DNA of 56,317 nucleotides from assembly GCA_009602725.1 (NCBI GenBank), contig WELB01000010.1, positions 698,535 through 754,851 on the forward strand. The letters are read 5' to 3'. Positions 26,277 through 38,649 of this stretch are shown one piece after another. Position 1 is the stretch's first letter. Every line of letters begins with the position of its first letter. Both the position numbers and the translations under genes were made by a program. This DNA comes from Spirogloea muscicola. Taxonomy: Eukaryota. The notes under the pieces are model-generated. The model did not search any database and was not told the DNA's origin. It was given only the letters and a program-made list of their open reading frames with translations.

Positions 26277-28278
26277 ATGCTCAAGTGGAGCCCAGCCGCG
26301 GCGGCCAGGAAGCGCCGCAAGGTGGGCCCCGCCCTGCGCCTGGACGACGACGACGCTGGTAAGCGCTGCGGCCTTCCTGCTCCTCTGCATCCCGACGCCA
26401 ATCGTGCCACCATTCGCCAGCCTCATCCCGTCGTTCCTCACTGGGAGCTCTTTGCCATTTACTGGCCTCAGGAGACGCACCGGAGGTTGGACAACCCCGA
26501 CTGGCGTCGGTGTCAGCAGCTGCCGCCGACGACGACGCTAGCAATGCCGATTTGAGGGCTCTGTGCGGGGAGGCGGACGACATCGATGCGCGGTCTAGGG
26601 AGCTGCAGGAGGAGGGCAACAGCTTGGCCGAGGTCGGCGGGGGAAACCCACTTAGCCAGACATGGCTTATGGCGCTTCGGCTGTCCATTCTGACGGTGCC
26701 CCTTGCTTCTCCATGCATCCCCATGCCCGTGGGTGTGGCCAGTCTAGCGGCTGGAGCAGCACCATGCACTGGGTCAAGCCTCACGTGCGCCGGTGCTGAC
26801 GGCTGGCGCGCGCTGAAGGCAGGCAAGCTCGGGGAGGCCCTGGGGAAGTGGGAGGCTGCCATCCGGCTGACCCCGGAGCAGCCTGTGCTCCACGAACAGA
26901 AAGCGCAGCTGCTTCTGGAAATGGGCAACTCGTGGGGTTCCATCCAAGCTGCCACTCGTACGGCTCCCGTCCTTGCCTTGAGGCAAGCCTTGCCGCTGTG
27001 CAACATTGTGGAGCCGCCTTTCCTTCCCTTTCTATATGGTCTTGCTTGTAATGTAGGGGTTTGCGTTCAGCTCCTAGGTTATAGGAACCAGAGGTTTGGG
27101 TTGTCAGCATATCTTATTTTGAGATTATGAATCGGGGTTCCATAAAGAGGGGACATAGGGCCTGGAGGTTGCATTTTGGGACAGGGTGCAGGGTTCAGGG
27201 CTTCCTCTTGCTTAAGTGGCTGGTACATTAGAGTTGGCTAGCAAGGTAGCTGCACAGTGACATCTCAAAGCTGTTACTGTGTTGCATCACGTGCTTGGCA
27301 ACATTCCTGCAGACCGTTGACCAGGTATTACCGGTGCTCAGAGGCGTTGAGGTGTTTCGCAGGTGCGACTGAGTTGAATCCGATGTGGGCGGAGGTACTT
27401 CCTCAACAGGACATAGCAGCCCGTGCCACTTGCAGCTCAGACTGCAGCTGGCAAAACCACTTATCGGCAGATGGTGCAGCAGTGCGGACACGGCTGAGAT
27501 AATTGTCTTTGTGGCCCACTGGGCAAACCGAGGCAGAGTTTACTGTGCCTCAGGGAACAGACTTGTGTTTCTTTACTAGGCAGGCAATATCGCATGCGGT
27601 GTTGGTCCTGACGCCCCATACGTGCATGGTTGCAGGCCTGGCTGACACTTGCCCGAGCGCAACTGAACCATGGGGAGCCCTCTTTGGCTGTCCTCAGCTT
27701 GCAGCACAGCTTGCAGCTTGATGTAAAACCTCTAACTTCATCCATCTCTTCAATGTATAAGTCAAGCCTTTGACTCTAAGCTTTTGAGGTGCTCTCGGCA
27801 CATACACGAAATCAGTGTCTGATGGCTTATCTGCAACATGCAATTTACAGACTTTACACACTTCCTTGGCTGCACCTCGAGTGCCACAGAGTGGCTGCAT
27901 CGATGCTCTGTATTATCTGAGAGAAATGTTTTGACGCAAGACCGCCGTTTGTATTGCACACTTCAGCCCAAGCAGAATGACGTCCAAGCGGAGCTGGCCC
28001 AAGCTCGAGTAATAGTGGCCAGGCAGCAAGTGCTGGCCACCAGATCAGCATCCAGTGGAACCCTTCACAAGCCAATTGCACCATTCCGTCCAACATTCTT
28101 GCCACCGTCGACAATTACAAGTGCGGCTGTTGAACACTCAAGTATGTCTACTGATGACCTTAATTGCACAAGTGCAATGAAGCTCGTCAAGATGGCAGTA
28201 GATGGAGATGTAGTACAGGACGCAGAAGGGCAGCATGCAAAGGAGGACAAGCTTGCAGAAGTACTGTCAGAAGATTAG
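26277..28278 (+). CDS. Tetratricopeptide repeat protein, TTC33-like, multi-exon
   Basis: MLKWS...RKRRK, SRELQEEGNSLAE / AGKLGEALGKWEAAIRLTPEQPVLHEQKAQLLLEMG / ATELNPMWAE / AWLTLARAQLNHGEP / PKQNDVQAELAQAR. Confidence 0.85.
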
Positions 28279-28923
28279 GCAGAGTTACTTGAGGTGCAAG
28301 GTCAGCAAATTGTTAAGCAGGAACGTCATAACTTTTACATGATGCAAGCTCATCTGATGACCTGTATATACTGATCTGAATCCTAGCTCTAGACTGTTCT
28401 TACATTGACATTTACCATCACCTCACTCTTGTACAAACTTGATATGCGGAAGCAAGATGCTCTCTAAGTGCAAAACAATCGAGCAGAAATGATTTTGAAT
28501 GGAAGATCTCTACATGCCCATCAAAGGAGGTGCACAATGAGATAGTGACATTCGCAATTCTCATTTGGGAAGCATAAGCTGTTTAGATGCAATTGACAGC
28601 TGTTCTGACTAGTTTGACTATTAGCAGTTGAGTGCTCCTCACATGTACTTTGAAAGCTCAATTTGTCTCAAAGACGTGCTTGAGTCAACCTATGGTTACA
28701 AGTCCATCTCATCCTTATGGACTGATAGTTACATACTGATCTTGCGAGGAGGCACCCCATGATCTATAGAATCAGACTTTGGCAACCTGCCACATCGATC
28801 TTAGCAACCTCAATCAGACCAAGAGTATACTTCAGGGATTCCACAATGTATTAAGCAGCAACTCCTGCCAGAAGTAGACTAGCAGGCGCTTCCGGCAAGC
28901 TTTGACAAAACGACCTTGTCACT

Positions 28924-31531
28924 TTATGTGCAGGAGTGTGAATCTGTAGTAGACTCATCAAGCAAGCAGCTGAAATAGGAGCAAGCACTTACCGCTACTG
29001 GATCGCCAACATGAATTCCACACTCAGTCTTTTCGCTTCCATCCTTGTTCTTCAGACCCTGCATTCCGTGCAAGTTATAGTGAGATGTGGAACACGTGCA
29101 ACTCTTGGAAGTAAAGATTTTCAATGAGGACGAGCATTATAATAGATGACCCTACAGGGATGACACAACTTGCACACACACAAGCATGTGCATGACATAC
29201 ACATAGTCAAGCAGTCTTCCATAAGCAAGGCAGTAAGTGATTTACACCGGTGGTTGTTTTAGTAGCCATACCTGGAAGCGGCCTGACCGCTCTCCTCCAT
29301 ATTCAAACCACTTGTCCTTAGGAACAGGTAGTGTACTGTGGATATCGCCAATGCTGGGGTACCCTTCGTCATGTAAAGGATGATAAGGAATCTGGTACTT
29401 GTCAATGTACTCCCAGCAGTCTCTGCAAGAAGCTCAGCATCCGCAGTGTACCAGTATTATTTACTGTCAGCAAGGCCTCCCTGGACTCAATACGCGTTCA
29501 AAGACACAACCTGAGACATCATCATTTTAAATTGAAGATTGCCTGACAACCTACAGCTTACAGTAAGCTTGACCACCTGCATGTTTTTTCTCAGACTTGA
29601 GGTTTTCATAGACTTTGCTAACTTAGATCATCATGTAAGCTACAAATGGAAGCCAGCGATCACCTGAACTCCCAATAAGCCAGAGGCTGCACCTTGGCCA
29701 TCTTCTCCTCTTCAAAGCACTGCAGCACGATGTCATTCCATCAACCAATTAAACATTGATACTGTTCTGCACAGATTCATTTTCTTGTCCGACCTCTCCT
29801 GCCTTTCATATGCACGTGCCTTGTCACTTGAAGAGCAATGCTATCGCGCCGGCTATGCATCCAATCTTTTCATGATTGCCTCATTGCAGAAGGTATACAA
29901 AAAAAAGAGACTATAAGCTTCTGCATCTGGAAGTCAAATGTAAGACAATGCACACCTCGAGGTGAGCCCTCTCCTGACCATGATCTCTACGCCTGCCATT
30001 AATCATAGCGTCAACCTGGATGAAAGAAGAAGTTGGCCTTTCCACATCAAATTGCATGAAGTCGTTTGTTGACATTCTTAGCACATGAGAAGACAAAAAT
30101 CAGTAGAAAGGTTGCTGGAGAATGTCACTTCTGGTCACACCTCCCCCTGGTTCACAGCAAGATACTTGCCTCCAGCACTTTCAGGGCACGGCCGAATGGC
30201 TCCACCTTGCAGAGCTTATCGTACTCATCAATGTCCTGTATACGTTTGCAAGACAAGTTGAGGGTCCTCAGCTCATGCAGGGTCTCCAGGATCGTCAAGT
30301 GTGTTTGGCCAAGTAAAGTCCACACTTACTGCATGGCTTCCAGTCATGCTGAGCATGTGCAAGTTTCTGTGTGAGGGTGTACAGCCATAGCTGGAAAGAA
30401 GGGGGTTGTGCTTACCCTGATGAACAAATCAGAACCATACTTGTCAACATACTCGTCCTTGTTAGCAACGCCGTCCACGTGGAAGACCTCAGACTTGAAG
30501 CCATATCTGTTCTGCAGGCATGATCACCAGATTGAGTGTGGGTGGTGCAGATCACAGCCAGTCGGCAAGAGAATGCTGTGTGCAACCAACAAGCATTGTT
30601 GCGATGCAATGCTTGGGTTTGCCAGCTGCTGCTGGAGGCGCTGCATGCGGAGCTGGCTCTGCAAGGAGCAGCTGGCACTGCTAGAAGGCCAGCAGCATTG
30701 CTCACCTCGCACTCTTCCAGAAACTTGTGGGTCTCAGGGAACAAGTGGAAGGTGTCGATGAAGACCACCTTCACGCTCTTGTCCTTGAAAGCGCCGAGCT
30801 TGGACAGCAGGTCCAAAATGACCTGCGTGCCAGTAGTGGGCCTGAGATCGGTGTCTACCCCCAAACCTGTCTCTGGAGAAAGCTTTCAGAAGCACGTGCT
30901 ATACACATAAGTTTAGAGCAACGGCACATAACCTCTGCTGGCTTAGGCGAACAAGCAGAGCTGAAAGACTAAAGCGGAAACGTACGACGTCGCCGCTGAT
31001 GAGGGCACAGGGGAACGTCGGGTGCTCGAATCTGGCAACGGTCTGGCGCAGCACGTCCATGGCCTGAGCCTCCAGGTGGTCAAGCCGCGCCAGCCGTGCC
31101 ATATTATTCAGCGCAGCCACGTCCACCTCCTTGCGCACAGCTGCCACGGCCGCGCGCAACGGCGCGGCGCTCGCCCTCGCGCCCCGCTGGCTGGCCCGCC
31201 ACCGCGGATGGACGCCGCCCTGCCTGGCAGCGACCAGCTCAGACGGCGCAGCCTGCGGGCAGCCCGTGTGGAGCCTGCGAGAGCTCACGCTGCATCGTCA
31301 GGGCCTCGTCAGGGCCTCGTGCATGGAGGTGGAGGCACGGCGAGTCGGCTGGCCGGCAGGACCAACCTGTTCGGCCGTGATCGAGACGGAGGCGCGGACG
31401 CGGGGCTGGTCCGGCACGAGCCCGCACTGCCTGGCCCTGCGGAGCCGGCGACGGCGGCGGCGGCGGCGGCAGCGGCCATGCCGGCGACGGCGGATGCCGG
31501 CGACGGCGGCGGCGGCGGGGGCGGCGGCCAT
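28924..31531 (-). CDS. Plastid APS reductase of the FeS-free APR-B / PAPS-reductase (CysH-like) type, multi-exon
   Basis: FPCALISGDVV/ILDLL...VVFIDTFHLFPET, YDKLCKVEPF, INGRRRDHG, KVQPLAYW, YHPLHDEGYPSIGDIHST, ERSGRFQ/GL...KTECGIH. The last exon and the exact start are uncertain. Confidence 0.88.
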
Positions 31532-31689
31532 GGTGGCGAGCGAAGCCGCGGGCGCGCGCGGGCGCAGAGGATACGGATAGGGGCCTGGTGCTGGGCCGCC
31601 CAGGCGAACGGCAGCTACTGCATTCTGGGACGGATCTTTGGGTGCAGCTTATAAACGACTTGCCCCCCTTCTGGAGACGGTAGCGTCTC

Positions 31690-32800
31690 GGCTTCAAAAG
31701 AAAGGGCTCGCCCATTGAGGATAGGGGCTGGGAAAGCCAGCCCAAAAAAGAATGAACAAAGTATGAGAAGGGGCCTGGGGAAGCGCTAAGATAAACAAGC
31801 ACAACAAGAGACAAAGCAGCTACGTATTGCTCAGTAACCCCTGCTGAGCAGCCCTTCTGGAGATGGGCGCCCGCGGCGAAGCCCGTCTCGTTCCGGCGGC
31901 TGACGGCAGCGGAGTGGCACGGCCCAGCCCGGCTTCCGGAACTCCGCCGAGCCGCCAAAAGCGCGCCACCCCCCCTTCCCAAAGCCCCAAACAATCGGCA
32001 TCGCCGTCGACCGTGGCCCACTACGGCCGACCCGGGGCACCCGGCACCAATATCACATTGCCAGCTGCCCGCGCAGAGACGGAGGATGGAACACGTTCTT
32101 ACAAAAAGGGGGACGACCCCAGTGAAAGGAAAGCGCGGCCAGATTGACGGGTGGCTGGGAGAGGGCAGCCCAAAGGGATGGACAAGGTCTGACGCAGTGA
32201 AAGAAGTAAGAAAGGTAGAAGGGGCCCTTCCAACCTTTGGTCCATCCTCCCCCGTTCTTCCATAGCCTCTTCAGGCCCTGCAGTCGCTGCTTAGCTCGTA
32301 CTTTGGCCCCTTCGAACCTTGTCAATTCTTTTCGGGCTGGCTTCTCACAGCCCTTGCCCCCGTTGGGAGAGCCACTTCTTCCAACGGGGAAGAGGGTTGT
32401 GAAAAGCCAGCCCGAAAGGAACGAGAAGGCGCGCGCACGGTGGGGAATAAAATGATAGGATGGCCAAGTCAAGCCTATTCATTGTTCAGGTCAAAGCCAG
32501 TGCAAGAAGTGGGGCATCATGAAATCAAGCCTGGTAAGCTGGCTAAGGTGAAAGTGTGACGTTGATAACCAAGGGTGAGCTACAAATCTGACAGGCTACC
32601 TCGGGGAGCCGGAGAGCGAGAAGAAGAAAGTAAGCTCTTCCAATGATTCTCTATGGGCGAGCACTTATAAAGAGGGCGCGGGCTGTAAATGGCCAGCCCG
32701 AGAATGAAGCTCATCCAGAGGGGGCGAGGGCTGTGATAAGCCAGCCCGGAAAGAATGGACATGGAAAAGGAAGGACCAAAGGGCCAAAGGTCTGTAGGGG
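31690..32800. mobile_element. Cluster of CRE-like 3' fragments upstream of APR-B
   Basis: Type B with ORF end GLLSRGY* at 31690-31850, further B copies at ~32152, 32263-32375, 32395, 32680 and 32728, and type C at 32424-32600 with a degenerate SDL*LTLGY end. Confidence 0.8.
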
Positions 32801-33362
32801 CCAGAAAGCTCAGAGGCCAGACGGACTGGCAGACATGGTAACAGCCGCACGGCTCAGCCTTCAGCCTCCCCAGCCCTGCTGCCTCCAACGTGAACTTGCA
32901 CAGTCGTTCACATTCTGTCATTGTGTGTCCTCACTGAAAGGGGCCTGAACAAGGGGCTACATCATGGTTGGTGAGCCTTGACTCAGCATGTGCTTTGGCA
33001 GATTTCTGCACAACCTAGGGGCCTGCTACTCTCCTGACGCGCTAGCCACTTGTCCTCGAGGGAGAGGCTACATTGGGGAGTAGAGCTGCAACTTCCAACA
33101 ATAGTAGCACTTCACACCAGCTCGCTGCCACTGCCTAGCAAGCATGTCATCCTTATTTTACGACAAAGCCCCAATCTCTCTACCAGCTTATTACTCATGT
33201 CTCAATTGTACACTCAACCCTCGCCAGCAAGTCAGAATCCCTGTATTGGTGGTGTACATGATGCTGGCAATGCATCTTCATCTACGGCGTCCATCTGGCT
33301 TCATGACCCATACCGCTGTGGACACAGCTGCCAACTTGCAGCATCAATATAAGAAGCATTGG

Positions 33363-35366
33363 TCATGTGAGGCCAACAACATAGGCATTCCAAGCATCTC
33401 GTTGCTCGAAGTGCTCCACCTCCACATACCTTGTTGTCACATCAGCATCCAATCGCTCCTCAATTGCCTCCCGGCCTTGTAAGTCTGGCATGTCCTTCAT
33501 CCAGAAATGGACCTGCTTGAAACCCGCTTCCAGGAGGCATTCCTTCACTTCGGGCAAAGTCCATCTGTTCACAAGTGCCAGTTTCATGTCAGCAATTGTC
33601 AAAGCAGGAATATACCCATAAGCCCAATACAAAGCGAAATGCACGACATGGCAAAGAGTCTCTAGAGAGTCTCAGATGCATCTTACAGGCGCCATTGGTA
33701 GGTGAATGCTCGCCGCATGACACGCTTGGACTTAATAAGGTGAAAGTGAATGCTAATGCGCGTCATCCGGGTGAGAGCGTCAAAAGCCTCTTGCTCCCAC
33801 GTATACTGTCCACCTGCCCAAGCTGCAGGTTGTCATATAGTTGCATGACACGGCAGGACGACAAGCTCCGGGATCCGGGAACTATTAGGCTGAACACTCT
33901 CTTCTGGCAGTACAAAGGAGTCTACTGTCAGATTTCACTAGCTGTGAGCCAGAGAAGCATGAAGATTGCTGAATGTAAAGGCTGTGCCACACTGACAGTG
34001 AAGTCACCAAATGGTCGCTTCAGCTTCAGTGCACATTCAGAGGATGTGCCACCATATAGGTCCAGTGCAAACACGCCCCCGTTTGGGCTCAAGCCGCTTC
34101 GGACGAGGCAGAAATACTTCAGAAGGTCTTGCCGGCTGTGCAGGCAGCAGATACTGAAGTTGAAGGCGCACGTGATGTCTGCTCCCTTCATGACTTGCTC
34201 CCATCCAGCTCTGGACTCCACGTGGTGCCTTGTGGAAGTCTGTGGAATACTGTGTAGTGCATCATCTTCGCTGCTTGAGGTGATCATGGAAGCAGAGGAC
34301 TTAAGCAATTGCCCGGTCTCATGACACAACTCGTCCTCTTTGAGCTTGTCTGCTCCTAGCCCAGAGTGCAAGTTGCTCTCTGAAGAACTTCTTGGTGACG
34401 CCTCCGCTGACAAGCTACTAGAATTGCTGCTGCCAGAACATTTTGCTTGGTCCGCATCAGCATCTTCCTTCCAGAGCCTCTCTTTCGCAGCACCACTAGC
34501 AGGCACTTCTTCTTCAGGATGTGACACGTGTATCATTCGAGCAGCTTGGAGAGGTGCAAGGACGTTGCCATGGAGAAGAGCCACTCGGTCTTGGAAGGCG
34601 AACAGATTTTGGCACGCTCCCCAACGCAGTGCTTCCTCATCCAAGTCAAGTGCAATTGCTGTACGCCTAGCATCAGCCTTCAGCCACTCTGCGCTGCATC
34701 AGGAGGTCAAGCTATCATCATCAATTGCATATGCAAAATTGCTATTGGATTCCATTAAAGAACTGTCAGCTTGTTCTTGACTAGACTCAGGAAGCCATTG
34801 ATAAAGACAGCATCTGCTTCCAATGAGGCTGGTCTTCCGCAGGCCTACCAAGAGCTTAGTCTGGGGGGCTGACCAAAGAAGTGCAGTGCCACAAAAGTCC
34901 TCGCGTAGGCACAGCGGAACGCGCCCACCCACATACATAAGGAAGAACTTTAGCAGGTAGCTGATGTCACCCCGAGGCCTCTGCTTTGTCAAGGGCAGCA
35001 GATTGAGGTGTTGGAGTCAATTGCTGTGTTGAGCATAGCAAGTGGTACCTATACCATCAGTGTAATTACTGCACTCAGCTGGAGATGCCGACTTAAGAAC
35101 TGCGGACAAGCCTAAGATTTTGCCTCAAGGGCACACACGATCGGCCTGGAGAAGCCAGCAGTAATGGCATTGAATGGTCCAGGCATGCAGCAATCTCCAA
35201 GATGGTCGCCCACCTGGACGGCGCGCTGGTAGAGGGTGTGCTTATTGTCCCAGGCCGTCAGGTTCTCCGCAGGATTGAGCCACCTGGACAGGTCCGGTGT
35301 CTCGCCGGGCGCGGCAGGGGCAATGGTGCTCTCCGCGACGCGCTTGCTCTTGTCCTTCTTCCCCAT
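33363..35366 (-). CDS. Class I SAM-dependent methyltransferase-like protein of unknown substrate, 5 exons
   Basis: LYQRAVQ/RPRGDISYL...LREDFCGTALL/..EWL...AIALDLDEEALRWG...ADITCAFNFS...GGVFALDLYGG/YTWEQEAFD...AFTYQWRL/WTLPEVKECLLEAGF. Confidence 0.85.
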
Positions 35367-35799
35367 GCCTGGGCTTTCTCCTAGTACTTCTGCGGCGGGG
35401 GTCGTGCTCAAGGAGAACGTCTGAGCCGCTCCATTCTTGGGGCTGCGCCGCCCGCGACGAGGGGGCCCGCTTTCGCGGCGGGCTCACTGTGCGGTCGAGG
35501 TGGCGCAAAGCGAGGTTCAGAGACTCACGACGGTCCACACCATAAGATGGCCAGCCCTGCCCAAAAACCCTCTACCCCGCCCAAAGACGACAATGAGTTC
35601 TTCCAGAAGAAAGACGAGGGGTGAGCTCTTCTTATTTCTGGGCTGGCCACTCACGGCCATCGCCCTCTACTTGAAGCGTCTTACCTCAGTACCTTGCTTT
35701 TTGCGCCTTCCGGCTCCTTCAGACCTTGTCCATTCCTTTTGGGCTGGCCTCTCACAGTCACCAGTCACTTTGGAAGCGCTCGTCTTACTTCCGAAGAAG

Positions 35800-36680
35800 A
35801 AGTTCGTGTATTTGAAACGAACGAAGGCCAAATTGCCAAGTACAAAGGCAAGCACATCTGAAGACCTAAATAACCTACAGCAGATTGACCCGCTCAGTAA
35901 CCACGGGTCAAATCATAAAGGTCGCTAATCGATGCCTGAATACTAGAGGGCAGATACGAAGCCCTTCTGCCACCAACTAGAGCTCGCCCAGCTTTCTGGT
36001 GCAAAGCATTAGCCTGAGCACGCTGCAAACAGGCCGAAACTCGTCGTCGCAAGAACGACAGACATGCAGCTGGCAAGCCCATCTCAGCCGGGAACACATC
36101 TGCATGTCGTGTGTATGGCCTAGATTGGCAATACTTTGCAGAAGAGTGTGGAAACGAGGACCTAAGCAGCCAGAAATGTCGACTGCCGCTGGCAGGAGCT
36201 GATCGCATTGGGGGTAATCGGAGTGTGCTGCAGCTTTCTTTTTTCGGCACCACCCATTGCGTGGCCAGCGATGTCCGTCGATGCTGGACTTCTATAGGCC
36301 TCCGAAACAACAACATCGACCAAGGCCCGTGGTCCTCCACCAGGTAGCACGCCCACAATGTCAAGTGTGCAGCGATGATGACGTCCCTGGGCATCCGTGG
36401 TGATAGCATAATGTTGTTCACTTCCACGACCGCACGGTACCTGGCCTCGCGCATCAAACCCGCCAGGGCATCGCGAAGGAGGTTGTGGATGCCCACCCTT
36501 CTGGCCCGGTGGGGCATCGCAGCATGTGAGTGGCGAGCTCAGCAGCCTCTGCACGGAAGCCGCACTCACACTGGCGCACCCCAATCAGGCAGTTAGGTGG
36601 TAGGCCGAGGAAGAGTTGAAGCGACGTCCGAAAGGCCTCGGAGCTGAAGCTGAAAGGCGTTGGTGTCGGCGTGAGGGGCG
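35800..36680 (-). mobile_element. CRE-like retrotransposon 3' ~0.9 kb (CCHC knuckle + PD-(D/E)xK RLE + type A UTR), frameshifted
   Basis: FRTSLQLFLGLPP..CECG..HMLRC, HNLLRDALAGLMREA...VVE, TLDIVG...LVDVVV, RRRVSACLQRAQANAL, ...SDLYDLTRGY*. Confidence 0.88.
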
Positions 36681-38385
36681 GGGGCTGTGAAAAGACAGCC
36701 CAGAATGAACGAGAAAGTGGCTCTCCCAAAGGAGGCAAGGGCTGTGAACAGCCACCCCGAAAAGAATTGACGAGGTCCGAAGTGGCCGCTCTGCTTCCAG
36801 GAACCCAGTCTCTCTGACCTGAGGCTGCTTAGCAGAGGTTACTGAGTGCTTCGTAGCTGCTTAGTTTCTTCTTGTGCTTGGTTTCTTGGTGCTTCCCCTG
36901 GCCCCTTCTCGTCCTGTGTTCATTCTTTTTGGGTTGGCTTTTTTCAGCCCCTATCCTCAATGGGCGAGCCCTTCTTCTGGGTACAGCGCTTTCCCAAAGC
37001 TTTCCCGGTAGGATAACCACTTAGTAACCTCTACTTGAGAGCCGAATGTCAGAAAGACGAGCCGCCGGAATGCCATCCCCTTGACAAAAGCTAGAGGCTG
37101 CAGCTAGAGCACGGCCAGCATGCAGAGCAAGGCGTGGGCCATGGATCGCTGGAATGCCATGGACAGGCGCATGGGAAACACCTTCGCAAGCGAGCCAGCG
37201 GAAAATAAGGTATGAAGGGGTTCTTCCAAAAGAGGGCGATGGCTGTGATTGCCCCCACACAGACAAAGATCAACAAAGTCCGAAGGGGCCAACTTCAGCG
37301 CTAAAGCACACTGCGAGTTAAGCGGCCGATGGGGCCACTACAGAAGGAAGTGAGATATTCCTTGGGGCCGAGGGCTGCAACAGGCCAGCCCACAAATGAA
37401 TAGCTCTCTTCCAAGTTACAATGGCTGTAAGAGGCCAGCCCAAAGAATTGTACAAGGTCTGAAAGGGCCGAAGGCAAAACAGCATGATACCACCCTTAAG
37501 AAACAGCGCTTCCACATCGTCTGGTGGCTGTGAGAGGCCAGCCCAAAGGAATGAACAAGGTCCCCGTAGAAACTCCTGCGGAAACAAAACAATGACAAGG
37601 TCCATAAGTAAGAGAGAGAGGCGCAGCGGTGCGCATGTAATGAGAGAAGAAGTGGCTCTCCCAATGGGGGCAAGGGCTGTGAGAAGCCAGCCCGAAAAGA
37701 ATTGACAAGGTTCGAAGGGGCCAAACTACGAGCTAAGCAGCGAGAGAGAGAAGCCAAAGCAAGCCAGTACAGAACAAAAGGCAAATTGAGAGGCGCTAAA
37801 GTAACAAAGCGGGCATGAACTGACGGGGGACTCGAGTACCCCACGAGTTAGCAAGTACATAGGAGAATTACGTGTATTTGAAATGAACGAAAGGTCAAAT
37901 GGCCAACTACAAAGGCAAGCACATCACGTACAAAATACATCACGTATGTCCAGGCAAAGTGGGGCGGAGCACCACTCCACCCCGCGTAAGCGGAAAGCGG
38001 ATAGCACGCAGGACATGTATCAAATTACTTAGTAAGCCCTTGTTAGCAGCTGCAAGTTCCAAAAAACGAGAAAACATGTATCTTGTTAGAACGCTTTTCG
38101 GTCCATTCGGACCTTGTCCACTCTTTTCGGTCTGGCTTTTGCCCTCCGTCACTAAATACACATTCCGTTCCTGAGCTGGATGAGCTTACTTTCCAAATTG
38201 GGCTGTGATTAACTTTGAGCTCATTCAAAGGGGGCAAGGGCTGTGAAAAGCCAGCCCCACATAAGAATGAACCAGATAAAAGAGTCGGCCCGATGTCATC
38301 CGAAGCAGCCACCGAATGGGCAGACGACAGCCTTCACCTTTTGGGCTGGCCTCTCCCAGCCACCAGTTAATCTGGCCGCGCTTGC
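36680..38385. mobile_element. Dense nest of short CRE-like 3' ends (types A, B, C) between the divergent methyltransferase and RRM genes
   Basis: SDLRLLSRGY* + type B UTR at 36800-36978 (+), RLSMAFQRSMAHAL...SDIRLSSRGY* at 37021-37200 (-), B hairpins at ~36682, 36738, 37240, 37372, 37423, 37525, 37674, 38128, 38238 and 38342, type C split at 37618-37855, and type A at 37866-37925. Confidence 0.8.
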
Positions 38386-38649
38386 TTCTTCACCTCCTCG
38401 CAGCCCATGTGAATGAGACTTGTGCCCCACCACCCCGGTTCGCCATCTTGACTGCTGGCCGCTGACCCCCCCCCCCTTCCAACCCCCAGCCCCCTGCCCG
38501 CCGCTCGGCCGCCCTGCGTAGACGCGAGCGGAGGTGCTCGTCCCTCGCTGTCGCTCCTCCTTCTTTCTTCGCGGGCTGCCAGCGCGCCTTCCTCAGCTCT
38601 TGACGGGGCCGTCGACCTTCCCTGTGCTACGCGGAGGGGGCGACAATCG

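Noticed and set aside
37240..37730. CRISPR-like repeat-spacer array (conserved ~35 bp palindromic core with variable spacers)
   Set aside because: Spacing is irregular, the repeats are degenerate and in mixed orientation, there are no cas genes and the context is eukaryotic. The units are explained as retroelement 3' ends with TSDs.
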